Source of the DNA: Gemmatimonadota bacterium | Lineage (GTDB): Bacteria; Gemmatimonadota; Gemmatimonadetes; Longimicrobiales; Gaopeijiaceae | Reading direction: 5' to 3' | Assembly: GCA_028873825.1 (NCBI GenBank) | Contig: JAPPNM010000177.1 | Coordinates: forward strand, 4,212 to 68,211 | Length of the DNA stretch: 64,000 nt | Part shown: one piece after another, positions 1 to 9,500 of the stretch | Layout of the letters: each line of letters opens with the position of its first letter | How positions within the stretch are numbered: position 1 is the first letter of the stretch | The notes under the pieces: model-generated | Databases searched by the model: none | Told to the model about the DNA's origin: nothing | What the model saw: only the letters and a program-made list of their open reading frames with translations | Translations under genes and position numbers: made by a program

Positions 1-279
1 GAGCGCTGCCACCGTGTCGCGAAGCTGCCGGGCGTATTCGTACCACGCGTCGGCATTGCCCCAGGAGCCGGTTTCCGTGCCGAGCATCTCCCGGGTGATA
101 TGCAGGTCGACTCGGGCCGTGTCGAGCTGCGCCCGTGCCGTGTCGCGCTGGTACTGCTCGAAGCGCAGAAGAACCGCGCAGGCCAGCAGCAGAATGAAGA
201 CGACGATGCTGAACGTCTCCGCCAGGGTCAGACCCAGCGTGAGCCCCTTGCGGTAGTGCTTCTTCTCGGCGGGGAGCAT
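1..279 (-). CDS. MotB/TolR/ZorB-like membrane anchor protein, N-terminal part only (gene runs off the left edge)
   Basis: ATG at 279 on the minus strand. Translation is MLPAEKKHYRKGLTLGLTLAETFSIVVFILLLACAVLLRFEQYQRD... It has a basic N-terminus, then a single TM helix with an acidic residue at its mouth. Compare the TolR of this window, INVTSLVDIAFTLLVIFII. It lies 18 nt downstream of the MotA-like gene. It is absent from the ORF track because it is open at the window edge. Confidence 0.4.
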   Translation of the reverse strand, partial: MLPAEKKHYRKGLTLGLTLAETFSIVVFILLLACAVLLRFEQYQRDTARAQLDTARVDLHITREMLGTETGSWGNADAWYEYARQLRDTVAAL

Positions 280-297
280 CGCGATCCGGGGGTCGGA

Positions 298-1746
298 TCA
301 GGACTTGCGCCGGAACCGGGGAAGCCGCGTCAGCGCACGGGGCATGCGCCCCAGCGTCCTCCGGATCCCGCGAACCCGCGCCACCGCCGAGGCCACCGCC
401 CTCTTCACCCGCGAGACCTCCCGCAGGTGCGCGGACAACTCCCCGGCCTCACGCCTGGCCTCCTCGAGGGTGCTGGAGAGTTGGGCGGACCGCTCGCCGG
501 CCGCCGCCAGGTCGGCCTTCAGCTCCCGCGCCAGCCGGCGTACCGGCCCGACACGGTCGGCCAGCTCGGGTCCCATCTCGCGCAGTTGCTCATCGAGACT
601 GCCGGCCGTGCCGGGGATGGAGGCGAGCCCCTTCCGCGCGGCCCGCAGGGAGTCCCCCAGTCCTTCGAACCCCGCATTCATTTCCGCCGCGTGTCTGCCG
701 ATCCCGCGAATCCCCCGGGTTCCTTCGTGCAGTTGGTCCACGGCTTCCTTCCAGAGCGGCAGGACCTCATGCTCGTCCACGGCGTCGGCGATGCCGGTCA
801 GGGCCACCTTCGCCCGTTCCGCGCTTCCCCGCACGCCGGAAAGGGTGTCGCCGAGGGCGGACACGGCGGCGTCCATGCCGCCCACGCCCCGCAGGGTGGC
901 GGCGATCCGTTCCGCGGCGGGTCCCGCGACTTTGTTGATCCCGTCGAATGTGGCCTCGGCCCTGGCGAACCGGACCTGTACGTTGTCCAGACGCTCCCCG
1001 AGCTCCTCGGCCCGGCCCTGAAGGGTGCCGAGGGCTTGGCCGCCGGCGTCGCAAACCGCATTCAGCCGGTCCATCTCCCGGGCGAGCGACCGAGTTGCGG
1101 CGGTGATGTGGTCCGCGTATTCGTCCAAGGCCGCGTAGATCCCCGCCGTCCTCTTCGTGCCCTCCGCGATGGTCTCCGCCATCTCGCCCAGCCCCGCGGA
1201 CGAGTCCCGGAACTTGTGCGCCATGATGTCGAGGTCGTCGCGCGCCCGGTCGAGGCTCTCCTTCATCAGCGCCACGGTCTCCTCGAGCCGGGACCGGGTG
1301 GTGTCCACGATGTCGCCGGGCGACTCCTGCGACATCGTGAACCAGACCCGCCCGGCGAGCCCGACGATCGTCGTCAGCAGCGCGATCCCGAAGTTCCGGA
1401 TCGACCCGGTCGTCCCGCTCCCGTCACCGCCGGGCGCCCCCCAGTCGAAGGTGATCAACGCGGCGACCAGGGCGGCAAAGGTGAAGAGGAGACCCAGATA
1501 GTAGATGGATTCGCCCTTGGTGTCGCTCGGGACGTCGGCGTCGTCCACGGTCCGTGCGATGAAGAAGCCGTAGATGATCATCCATGCGGCAACGGTCGAA
1601 GCGAGCCACCACGGCCCGATCCCGATGAGATTCCCGAAGCCGATGGTCGTGCAGCCGATCAGCAGCGCGATCAGCCACGCGTCGCGGTATTCCCGTAGCG
1701 CTTCTTCGGATTGTGAGGCGGAGCGCTCTTCGTACGCGGGACTCAT
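298..1746 (-). CDS. MotA/ExbB/TolQ-family channel protein with about 330-aa C-terminal helical tail (ZorA-like architecture)
   Basis: ORF 298..1764. The ATG at 1746 forms an ATGA overlap with the upstream stop, so it is the preferred start. Four predicted TM helices. The last pair, YLGLLFTFAALVAAL...IRNFGIALLTTIVGLAGRVW, mirrors the TolQ signature in this window, LLGLMGTVIGIV...GVAEALITTVAGLAVAIP. The remainder is Ala/Arg/Glu/Leu-rich helical sequence. Confidence 0.6.
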   Translation of the reverse strand: MSPAYEERSASQSEEALREYRDAWLIALLIGCTTIGFGNLIGIGPWWLASTVAAWMIIYGFFIARTVDDADVPSDTKGESIYYLGLLFTFAALVAALITFDWGAPGGDGSGTTGSIRNFGIALLTTIVGLAGRVWFTMSQESPGDIVDTTRSRLEETVALMKESLDRARDDLDIMAHKFRDSSAGLGEMAETIAEGTKRTAGIYAALDEYADHITAATRSLAREMDRLNAVCDAGGQALGTLQGRAEELGERLDNVQVRFARAEATFDGINKVAGPAAERIAATLRGVGGMDAAVSALGDTLSGVRGSAERAKVALTGIADAVDEHEVLPLWKEAVDQLHEGTRGIRGIGRHAAEMNAGFEGLGDSLRAARKGLASIPGTAGSLDEQLREMGPELADRVGPVRRLARELKADLAAAGERSAQLSSTLEEARREAGELSAHLREVSRVKRAVASAVARVRGIRRTLGRMPRALTRLPRFRRKS

Positions 1747-2618
1747 CCCTCCACCATGATCCACCTGGGGCGGGCGAGCGGCGACGCTCCCTGGTCCAGG
1801 AAGTAGTCCTCCCAGAAGCCGCGCAGCGTCCCGCCCTGAATCCGGCCGGCCCCGCCGCGGCGGGCCAGCAGAAACACGGACACTTCGACGCCGGAGAGAT
1901 CCACCCTGAGCGTCCCGTAGTCCGGGTTGCGGGACAGGGGGCCGAAGTCCGCGGAATCACGGTAGAAGGAGAGGTGGCGGGAATTCTGGATCATGTCGGA
2001 TACGACCAGCAACCGGCGCGGGATGTCCGCGGCGCGCGGCTGGAACGCGTTCACCGCGGCACCCTGAATGGCTTCCATGATCGGCGAGATGGAGTCGCCT
2101 TGCACATCGAGCAGGGCCCCCAGCGTCTGCCGCAGCGGTGCCAGGAATTCCTCCCTGTAGCGCCGCTCCGCGAGCTGCGGATTGCCCGTGAGCGAGCCCA
2201 CGTCGTCCGGGTGGACGGGCTTGCAGACTCTGAACAACGCGCGCGTGCCGCCCCGGCCGGCCTGGCCGACGGTGTAGACCCGGATCTCGGCGGTGGCGGG
2301 CGCGCCGTTCTCGATGGCCTCCAGCACGCGGGGCGCGCCGGAACCCTCCTGTACGTCGGTCAGAGTGTCGGAGGGGTCAACCAGGATCGCGATCTGCGCG
2401 GCGTAGTCGCCGTCCTCGGGGCAGTTGGCGGCGTCGAAGGCGCGGCTGCCCCGTTGGCCGCGGACGAAGAGTGCGATCAGGATCGCCAGGGCCAGTACGC
2501 CGATCACACCCCCGATTGCATTTTTGCGCTTCGTCGTCTCGTTGCGTCTCGTCGCCCGCCCCCGGCCCGGTCCCCGCCTTCGCCTCGATCCGCGTGTGCG
2601 CCCGTGGTCCCGCCTCAC
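1743..2618 (-). CDS. membrane-anchored vWA-like domain protein
   Basis: In frame with ORF 1743..3173. The GTG at 2618 overlaps the upstream TGA (GTGA). The N-terminus is Arg-rich, followed by the TM helix AIGGVIGVLALAILIALFV. MIDAS-like elements are present: ILVDPSDTLT, SPIMEAIQ and RLLVVSDMIQN. Confidence 0.5.
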   Translation of the reverse strand: MRRDHGRTRGSRRRRGPGRGRATRRNETTKRKNAIGGVIGVLALAILIALFVRGQRGSRAFDAANCPEDGDYAAQIAILVDPSDTLTDVQEGSGAPRVLEAIENGAPATAEIRVYTVGQAGRGGTRALFRVCKPVHPDDVGSLTGNPQLAERRYREEFLAPLRQTLGALLDVQGDSISPIMEAIQGAAVNAFQPRAADIPRRLLVVSDMIQNSRHLSFYRDSADFGPLSRNPDYGTLRVDLSGVEVSVFLLARRGGAGRIQGGTLRGFWEDYFLDQGASPLARPRWIMVEG

Positions 2619-3772
2619 GCCGGTACGGCCTTGTCGTGGGGATCGAGCCTTGTGAATTCGTTCACAAGCTCGCAGCACTCGTCGTGAACGTCCCTCAGCC
2701 GCCGCTCGCGCTCTTCCAGCACCGCGCGCATCCGCCGGCTGCGTTCCTCCGCCTCCGCCTCGCTCGCCAGGCCCGAACTGTCGGGCGGCTCCGGCAGATC
2801 CCAGTCGGCAAGCCACGGCGTGCGCCAGACCTGCGGCTCCGGCGCGGAGCGCGCTTCCCGGTTGGCGTTCCGGTAGACGTCGAGCGCTCCGGCGCAGCTC
2901 TTCGCGAGGTCGCGCGCGAAGCCCAGGAAGTCGGTGTGCCTGGCATGAAGCTTGGCGTAGTCGCTCAGCGCGAGTTGGCGGGCCTGGACCGGGTCGCGGA
3001 AATCGTTGCGCAACCTGCGCCCCGCGTCGTCGTGGAGTTCGTTGAGGTCGCCCAGCAGCTCGCGGCGATCCTGCTCGAGCCTTTCCTCCGTCTTCCGCCG
3101 GTGCCGCTCCCGCTTCCCGTAGCCGGGGTACGGGTCGTCGGTCTTGAACCAGTCCATGGCGGCGGCGGCGCACATGGCAAGCCCGACCAGCAGCAGCATG
3201 TACGAGTAGAAGCCGCCCAGGCCGAACGGGCTGGCGCGGAAGAGGCAGAGCGCTTCCTGGTCGGCGTCGGCTTCGTCGGGGCCCCGCCAGCAGCTCTCGG
3301 GCAGGGAATTGGTCTGCGGGGTCTGCGCGGACGGGGATTGTGCGGCGGGAGACCGCCCGCCCGCGGCCAGCCCGCCCGGGGAGAACGCGGCGGGCGACGG
3401 GGCCGCCCCGGACCGGGTCGGCGGAGACTGCGCGGCCGCCGAATACGCAACCGGCGGGGCGTCGGGCGCCGGGGGATAGTCGTATGGCAGCGCCTCCCGG
3501 TAGTGGGCCACGAACAGATTCCAGAAGATCGCGATTGCGAGGACCGCGGCCAGTCCTGCCAACCCGCCGACCCGCCGTCGCGGATCACGGTGGTGGACCT
3601 GCCGCACCATCGCCGCGAGCAGCCAACCGAGCACCGCCACGTTGACGACGCTGATAAGCACTGCGTAACTCGTGCCGGCCAGCACTCCGCCCTCGACGTT
3701 GGCGCCGAAGAAGAGACCGTTGACGAGGCTCTCGAGGACCACCAGGGCAACCAGGATTCCCCAGTGCCACAT
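2615..3772 (-). CDS. multi-pass membrane protein with Pro/Ala-rich linker and C-terminal coiled coil
   Basis: ORF 2615..4006. The first 78 codons are Arg-rich junk, so the start is placed at the ATG at 3772 (MWHWGILVALVVLESLV...). There are three TM helices, a P/A/S-rich linker, a fourth TM helix (FYSYMLLLVGLAMCAAAAM), the motif DDPYPGYGKRERHRRK, and then a charged helical region. Confidence 0.45.
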   Translation of the reverse strand: MWHWGILVALVVLESLVNGLFFGANVEGGVLAGTSYAVLISVVNVAVLGWLLAAMVRQVHHRDPRRRVGGLAGLAAVLAIAIFWNLFVAHYREALPYDYPPAPDAPPVAYSAAAQSPPTRSGAAPSPAAFSPGGLAAGGRSPAAQSPSAQTPQTNSLPESCWRGPDEADADQEALCLFRASPFGLGGFYSYMLLLVGLAMCAAAAMDWFKTDDPYPGYGKRERHRRKTEERLEQDRRELLGDLNELHDDAGRRLRNDFRDPVQARQLALSDYAKLHARHTDFLGFARDLAKSCAGALDVYRNANREARSAPEPQVWRTPWLADWDLPEPPDSSGLASEAEAEERSRRMRAVLEERERRLRDVHDECCELVNEFTRLDPHDKAVPA

Positions 3773-5045
3773 GCGGCTCTCCGGGTAGTCGGCGTCGGCG
3801 TTGCGCCCCTGCTCGAGCCTGAAGCGATTGACCTCGCCGCGCTGCCCCGGCCCCTCCGCCTCGTCGCAACCGCAACACCTGCGGGTGCGGGCTCCCCGAC
3901 CGGTCCACCCAGGTTCCCAGAACCTCGTCCGTGCGGATCTGCCAGATCCTGAAGCCGGCCGGGACCTCGACGCCGCCCAGCCACGTCCCGGCGGAATCCA
4001 GCACAAGCCACTCGGCCGGCTCGTCGCGCTCGCCTGCCCCCACGTGGGGCCTGAGCCAGATCGCGCCGGCGGGGTCCACGAGGAGGTCCGAGAAGGCGGG
4101 GCGGGCGCCGGGGGCCGGCATGGTCTCGACGGCGTCGCGGATGAGCGGCGGCAGGCCCTCTCCCCTGGCCTCGCGCTCGGCCTCGATCTGCTTGTCCGTC
4201 AGGGCGAGCGGGTAGTCGGGAATCCTGAAAATGCGCAGCAGTTCCCCGCCGGGTCCCAGCTCCCGCACCTGCATGATGTCCGCGGCTCCGTAGTAGATCC
4301 TGCCGTCGTGCGTGGCGAAGTGGGAGCTCTTTGCGAAGAGCGGAGTTGCGCCCACGGCGGCGTTGTCGGCGTAGTGTTCCCTCCCGGCGGTTCGGCCGAT
4401 TGTGTCCAGCAGGGCGCCCGCCATGTCCAGGCGCACCAGGGCTCGCTCGTCGCGGAACAGCCCCGTGAGGGCGCGGTCGGGAGGGGGGATCGCCACTTCG
4501 CCTACCAGCGTTCCGTCGCCGAGGGACCGGAGGCTCTCGATCCGGTGGTCCGGCCGCATCGCGCGCACGAATTTCGGGCCGGGCGCGAAGACCGCGACGC
4601 GGCCGTCGGAGTCGCGCGCGAACAGGGAGTCTCCGACTAGCTCCAGCCGCCGCATGCCGGTGAACTGGCCCGGTCCTTCCCCCTCGCCGCCGGCCGATGC
4701 CACGAAGTAGCCTTCCGGCGTGAACTGCCGGATCTCGTTCGAGCCGGTGTTGCCGACCACGATGGACCCGTCCGACAGCCGTCCCATGCCGCGCACCAGG
4801 CTGAAGGAATAGACTTGGCCGAGTCCCCTCCGGGCCAGGTCCAGCACAGGCTCGGGGTCGATGCGCCACCGCGTGGTGTCGGTCCATACCGGCCAATGGG
4901 CTTCGACGATGGGGATGCCTGCGCTGTCCCGAACGGTGACGGACGGGCCCGAGCGAGGGTCGGAGCAGGCGTGGAGACAAAGGACGCATGCGGCGAAGGG
5001 AGCCGACGCTGGCACGCGCGCGAATCTCGGGAGCGAGCTGGTCAT
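3585..5045 (-). CDS. lipoprotein, probable beta-propeller (NHL/6-bladed-like); C-terminal about 95 aa look non-native
   Basis: ORF 3585..5045. Signal and lipobox: FAACVLCLHAC. Repetitive strand-rich body. After ...HPQVLRLRR the frame continues as Arg/Gly-rich sequence and overlaps the next gene. Confidence 0.5.
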   Translation of the reverse strand: MTSSLPRFARVPASAPFAACVLCLHACSDPRSGPSVTVRDSAGIPIVEAHWPVWTDTTRWRIDPEPVLDLARRGLGQVYSFSLVRGMGRLSDGSIVVGNTGSNEIRQFTPEGYFVASAGGEGEGPGQFTGMRRLELVGDSLFARDSDGRVAVFAPGPKFVRAMRPDHRIESLRSLGDGTLVGEVAIPPPDRALTGLFRDERALVRLDMAGALLDTIGRTAGREHYADNAAVGATPLFAKSSHFATHDGRIYYGAADIMQVRELGPGGELLRIFRIPDYPLALTDKQIEAEREARGEGLPPLIRDAVETMPAPGARPAFSDLLVDPAGAIWLRPHVGAGERDEPAEWLVLDSAGTWLGGVEVPAGFRIWQIRTDEVLGTWVDRSGSPHPQVLRLRRGGGAGAARRGQSLQARAGAQRRRRLPGEPHVALGNPGCPGGPREPRQRSLLRRQRRGRSAGRHELRSAYQRRQRGGARLAARGDGAAGPPP

Positions 5046-5101
5046 GTCGCGAAGCTACGGCCGGGGCCCCGTCGCGTCCACGGGGCATGCAGCCAGTAAA
5101 A

Positions 5102-5123
5102 TGGACGGCAAGTTTGCCGTCCA
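5102..5123. promoter_or_regulatory. perfect 10-2-10 palindrome (candidate operator) upstream of the brxA promoter
   Basis: TGGACGGCAA-GT-TTGCCGTCCA, read directly. The half-site core GCCGTCC recurs at 5144-5150, inside the promoter spacer. Confidence 0.5.
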
Positions 5124-5128
5124 CCATG

Positions 5129-5157
5129 TTGACACTCAGGACAGCCGTCCCTATCTT
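5129..5157 (+). promoter_or_regulatory. sigma70-type promoter of brxA (TTGACA-17 nt-TATCTT)
   Basis: TTGACA at 5129-5134, a 17-nt spacer, TATCTT at 5152-5157. The brxA ATG at 5166 is only 8 nt after the -10 element, implying a leaderless or near-leaderless mRNA. Confidence 0.5.
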
Positions 5158-5165
5158 TCCACGCC

Positions 5166-5951
5166 ATGTCCGACATCTTCAACAACCTGTCCCGCAACCC
5201 CGCCATGGAGCGAGCGGGCTTCCGCTTCGGCCCGCGCGGCACCCATGGGAGCCGCACCATCATGCTCCGCGAACTAACCGAGCTTCTCGCCGCGCTTCCC
5301 CCCGATGCGACCCGCGAAAATTACGCCACCGCCATCGTCGAGGAAAACGCCCTCGGGAAGCGGACCTACGCGACCCGCCTCAGCTCCCGCCAGCGCCTGA
5401 ACGAGATGTACGGTCTCGACCGGCGGCTGGCCCTCTTCCGAGTGCTCCGGCACCTCTGGAGAGTGGATCCCGACGGCCGCCCCATGCTTGCCATGCTCGC
5501 CGCCCTCGCTCGCGACCCGCTCCTCCGCGCGACCGCTTCCCCGGTCCTCGCGCTAGCCCCCGGCGAGGAGCTGGTTCGTTCCCGGTTCGCATCCGTCATC
5601 CGCGCCGCCGTCGGCTTGCGCCTGAACTCTGCCGTCCTCGACAAGGTGGCCCGCAACGCAGCGAGCTCGTGGGCGCAAGCGGGGCACCTGGAAGGCCGTG
5701 TCCGCAAGATCCGCCGCCGGATTGCCCCAACGCCCGCCGCCGCCGCCATGGCTCTGTGGCTGGGGCAGCTCGAAGGCCGTGCGGGTTTGTCTCTGCTCGA
5801 ATCCGCTTGGGCCACCGTGCTCGACGCTCCCGGCCGCGCCCTCCTTCCGGCCGCGCTCGATGCCAAGCGTCTCGGCTTGATTCATGCGCGGGTGGCGGGC
5901 AATGTGGTCGAGATCGATACCCGCATGCTTGACCCGGGGGTGAACTTGTGA
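5166..5951 (+). CDS. brxA: BREX protein BrxA (DUF1819-like)
   Basis: First gene of the canonical order brxA-brxB-brxC-pglX-pglZ-brxL. Its stop overlaps the brxB start (GTGA at 5948-5951). The assignment rests mostly on position and size. Confidence 0.6.
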   Translation: MSDIFNNLSRNPAMERAGFRFGPRGTHGSRTIMLRELTELLAALPPDATRENYATAIVEENALGKRTYATRLSSRQRLNEMYGLDRRLALFRVLRHLWRVDPDGRPMLAMLAALARDPLLRATASPVLALAPGEELVRSRFASVIRAAVGLRLNSAVLDKVARNAASSWAQAGHLEGRVRKIRRRIAPTPAAAAMALWLGQLEGRAGLSLLESAWATVLDAPGRALLPAALDAKRLGLIHARVAGNVVEIDTRMLDPGVNL

Positions 5952-6502
5952 ACCAGATCACGAAGCTGGCCGCAGTCTACCAGCGGCACGTCAGCGCGCC
6001 CTGGCAGCGCACCATGGCCGGAGCGCAACGAGTGATGATCATCGTGTACCCCAAGGAGCGGGAGCGGGCGCTGAGGGGCCGCATCGGCGAGTTCGAAGTG
6101 GCCACCCAAGAGGCCGGTCACCGCTGGGTTGATGTCGATACCACGCGCTGGTTCGCCGAATGGATGGCCGAGGATCCCTACCGCGATGCCTACTTCGAGG
6201 ACCCCGAACTGCTCGGCATGAAGCTGGAGGGCGAGTTCAAGACATTTGCCGCCGACCAGCTTACCGCGGCCCTGGAGGGCGCCGACAGGAACACCGTCGT
6301 CGCCCTCATCGGCAGCGCGTCGCTCTACGGATTCCTGCGCGTGTCCGAGCTGATCCAGTCGGTCGAACCCTTGATTCCGGGCCGTCTGGCCGTCTTCTTC
6401 CCCGGCACCAAGAACGACAACAACTACCGCCTGCTCGACGCCCGCGACGGATGGAGCTACCTGGCCCAGCCGATCACGCTGCACGACGCCTGGGTGCCGT
6501 AG
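5948..6502 (+). CDS. brxB: BREX protein BrxB (DUF1788-like)
   Basis: 184 aa, the position and size expected for BrxB. Translationally coupled to brxA. Confidence 0.65.
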   Translation: MNQITKLAAVYQRHVSAPWQRTMAGAQRVMIIVYPKERERALRGRIGEFEVATQEAGHRWVDVDTTRWFAEWMAEDPYRDAYFEDPELLGMKLEGEFKTFAADQLTAALEGADRNTVVALIGSASLYGFLRVSELIQSVEPLIPGRLAVFFPGTKNDNNYRLLDARDGWSYLAQPITLHDAWVP

Positions 6503-6539
6503 GAGCCCGCGAGATGCGGACACCTTCCGCCAAACCCGC

Positions 6540-9500
6540 ATGCCACGAATGAAGATCCACGAACTCCTCGACCGCGATCCGCTTCAAGTGAGACTGGCCA
6601 ACAACGGCCAGGCCCGAATCACCGGCGGGACCGACCCGAGGGTGATGCGCGAGCTGCGCGCCGAGCTCGAGACCTTCGTCTGCACCGGCCGTTTCGCCGA
6701 CGCCCTGCAACGCATCCTGGAGCGGTACCTGGCGCACCTTGACGCGCCCCGCCAGGATGCGGTCTGGGTGAGCGGTTTCTTCGGAAGCGGCAAGTCGCAT
6801 CTGCTCAAGATGCTGGCCCACCTCTGGGAGGATACGAAGTTCGACGACGGCGCCACGGCCCGCGGACTCGTCGCCGGCCGGCTGCCGTCGGAAGTCGGGG
6901 ACGCCCTGCGGGAGCTGGAGGTCCGTGCGCGCCGCATCGGCAGGCCGCCCGTGGCCGCCGCCGGGTCGCTGCTCGGAGGCACCATCGGCCATGTGCGGCT
7001 CTCCGTGCTGGCCGTCCTGTTGCGGGCGCGCGGGTTCCCCGAGCAGTACCCACAGGCCCGGTTCTGCTTCTGGTTGCGCCAAAACGGACTCCTGGACCGA
7101 GTCCGCGGCGCCGTCGACGCGGAAGGTCGGAGTTGGGAAGGCGAACTTCACAACCTCTACGTGAGCCCGGTCATCGCCAACGCGCTCATCGAAGCCGACC
7201 CGACGTTCGCCGCGGATGTCAAGGCGGCGCGGCAGCTCCTCTTCCAGCAATTCCCGCCGCCGAAAACGGACATCACGACCGACGAGTTCGTGACGGCAGC
7301 CAAGCAGGTGCTGGCCCCCGACGGCGAGATCCCGCCGACCGTTCTCGTGCTCGACGAAGTACAGCAGTACATCAACGAGGCCCAGGACCGTTCGGCCACC
7401 ATCACCGAGCTGGCGGAGGCGCTTCAGACGCGGTTCGACAGCCGCGTGCTCCTCGTCGCATCGGGCCAGTCCGCCCTCTCTGCAGGCACGACGGCCCTGC
7501 AGTGGCTCAGCGACCGGTTTCGCACGTCCGTGCAGCTCACCGACGCCGAGGTGGAGGCCGTCACGCGCGAGGTGCTGTTGCGGAAGCGCCCGACCGCGAC
7601 ACCGGCCGTCGAGCGGATGTTCGAAGACCACGCGGGCGAGGTGTCGCGGCACCTCGGCGGGACACGCCTGGCGGTGCGGCCGGAAGATACTGACAACAAC
7701 GTGGGCGACTACCCGCTTCTGCGGACCCGCAGGCGCTTCTGGGAGGAGTGTTTCCGGGCCGCCGACCCGTCGGGCACGCAGAGCCAGCTCCGTTCGCAGC
7801 TCAGGATCCTGTACGACTCGCTCCAGGAGGTTGCGGAGGAGCCGCTGGGTACCGTGATTCGCGCCAGCGACCTGTTTCGCGCGCTCGCGGCCGACCTGGT
7901 CGGCGCGGACGTGCTGCTGAACGAGATCAACACCCGCATCGCGAAGCTCGACGACGGAACGCCCGAGGGCACGCTCATGGCCGACCTGTGCGGGCTGGTG
8001 TTCCTCATCGGCAAGCTGCCCCGGCAGGATGCGGTGGATCTCGGGGTTCGGGCGAATGCCGGGACGCTCGCCGACTTGCTTGTGAAGGAAATCACAAGCG
8101 ACTCCGGGCCCTTCCGGCACACCGTGGCGGTCGAGTTGGAGAAGCTCGCCGACGAAGGCGTGTTGATGAAGGTGGCCGACGAGTACCGCATCCAGACCAC
8201 CGAGGGCGCCGACTGGGAGCGGGCCTTCCGGGAGGAGCGGACCGCGCTCGGCCGCAACGAGGTCGAGGTCGCGGCGCGCAGGGAGCAGCTTCTGCGCGGT
8301 GCGGTACAGGAGATCGTGGGGCAGGTTCGGCCCGTGCATGGGGAGGCGAAGATCCGGCGAAGGGTCGAGCTGCGGCTGCACGGCGACCCGGACCCGGCCG
8401 GGAGCAACGCCGTCGGTGTCCGGCTCGGCGACGAGTGGTCGGTGTCTTGGGCGCAGGTGCGCGACGAGGCGCTGAAGCGCGGCATGGAGGACCCCGTGCT
8501 TCACATGCACCTCCCGAAGCAGAGCGCCGAGGAGCTGCGAAGGCACATCGTGGCCGTGGAGGCGGCCCGCCGGGTCATGGACCACCGCGGCACGCCCGCG
8601 TCCAGAGAGGGTCAGGAGGCGCGCACGAGCATGAAGAGCAGGCTCGAGGGTTCCGAGGCCGCGCGCAACGAGATCGTGAGGACCATCGTGCGGTCGGCCA
8701 GGGTCCTGCAGAGCGGAGGCGCAGAGATCTACGGCGAGGACCTTGTGTCGAAGCTGCGGACGGGTGCCGACAAGTCGCTGTGCCGCCTGTTTCCGCACTT
8801 CACCGAGGGCGACCACCGGGCCTGGCAGCCGGCGCTCAAGCGGGCGCGGGAGGGGTCGGGGGAACCATTCAAGGCGGTGGGCTGGACGGGACCGGTGTCG
8901 GAGCACCCTGTCTCGAAGCGGGTCCTCGCCGTGGTGGGCGTCGCGGCCCAGGGATCGGCTGTCCGGCGAACCTTGGAATCCGCGCCGTACGGGTGGCCCC
9001 GGGACGCCATCGACGCGGCGCTGGTCGCCCTGCACCGGGACGGACACCTCAGGGCGGAGCGGAACGGCCGGCCGTTGGCCACGGCCCAGCTGGACCAGAC
9101 CGCCATCTCCAAGGCCCGGTTCCGTCCCGAGAAGGTGCGTCTGACGACCGGGCAGCGGGTTGAGCTGCGGGGGTTGTTCGGAAAGCTGGGGGTGCGGGCC
9201 AGGAGTGGTGAGGAGGAGGAGGGGGGGCGCAGGTTCTTGGTAGCCTTGGCGGAGCTTGCGGCGAGGGCGGGGGGCGAGCCGCCGCTGCCCGCGGTGCCGG
9301 GCACGGGCGTCGTGGACGGCATCTCCCAGCTCACGGGCAACGAACAGCTCGCGGCGATGCTGGAGCACCGGGAGGAGATCGAGGGTGCGATCGGGGAATG
9401 GGGTGGTTTGGCGGAGCGGGCCGAGGGGCGGTTGGGGCGTTGGAAGCTCGCGAAGGCTCTGCATCGTCATGCGCGGGGGGAGCTGGAGATAGCAGAGGTG

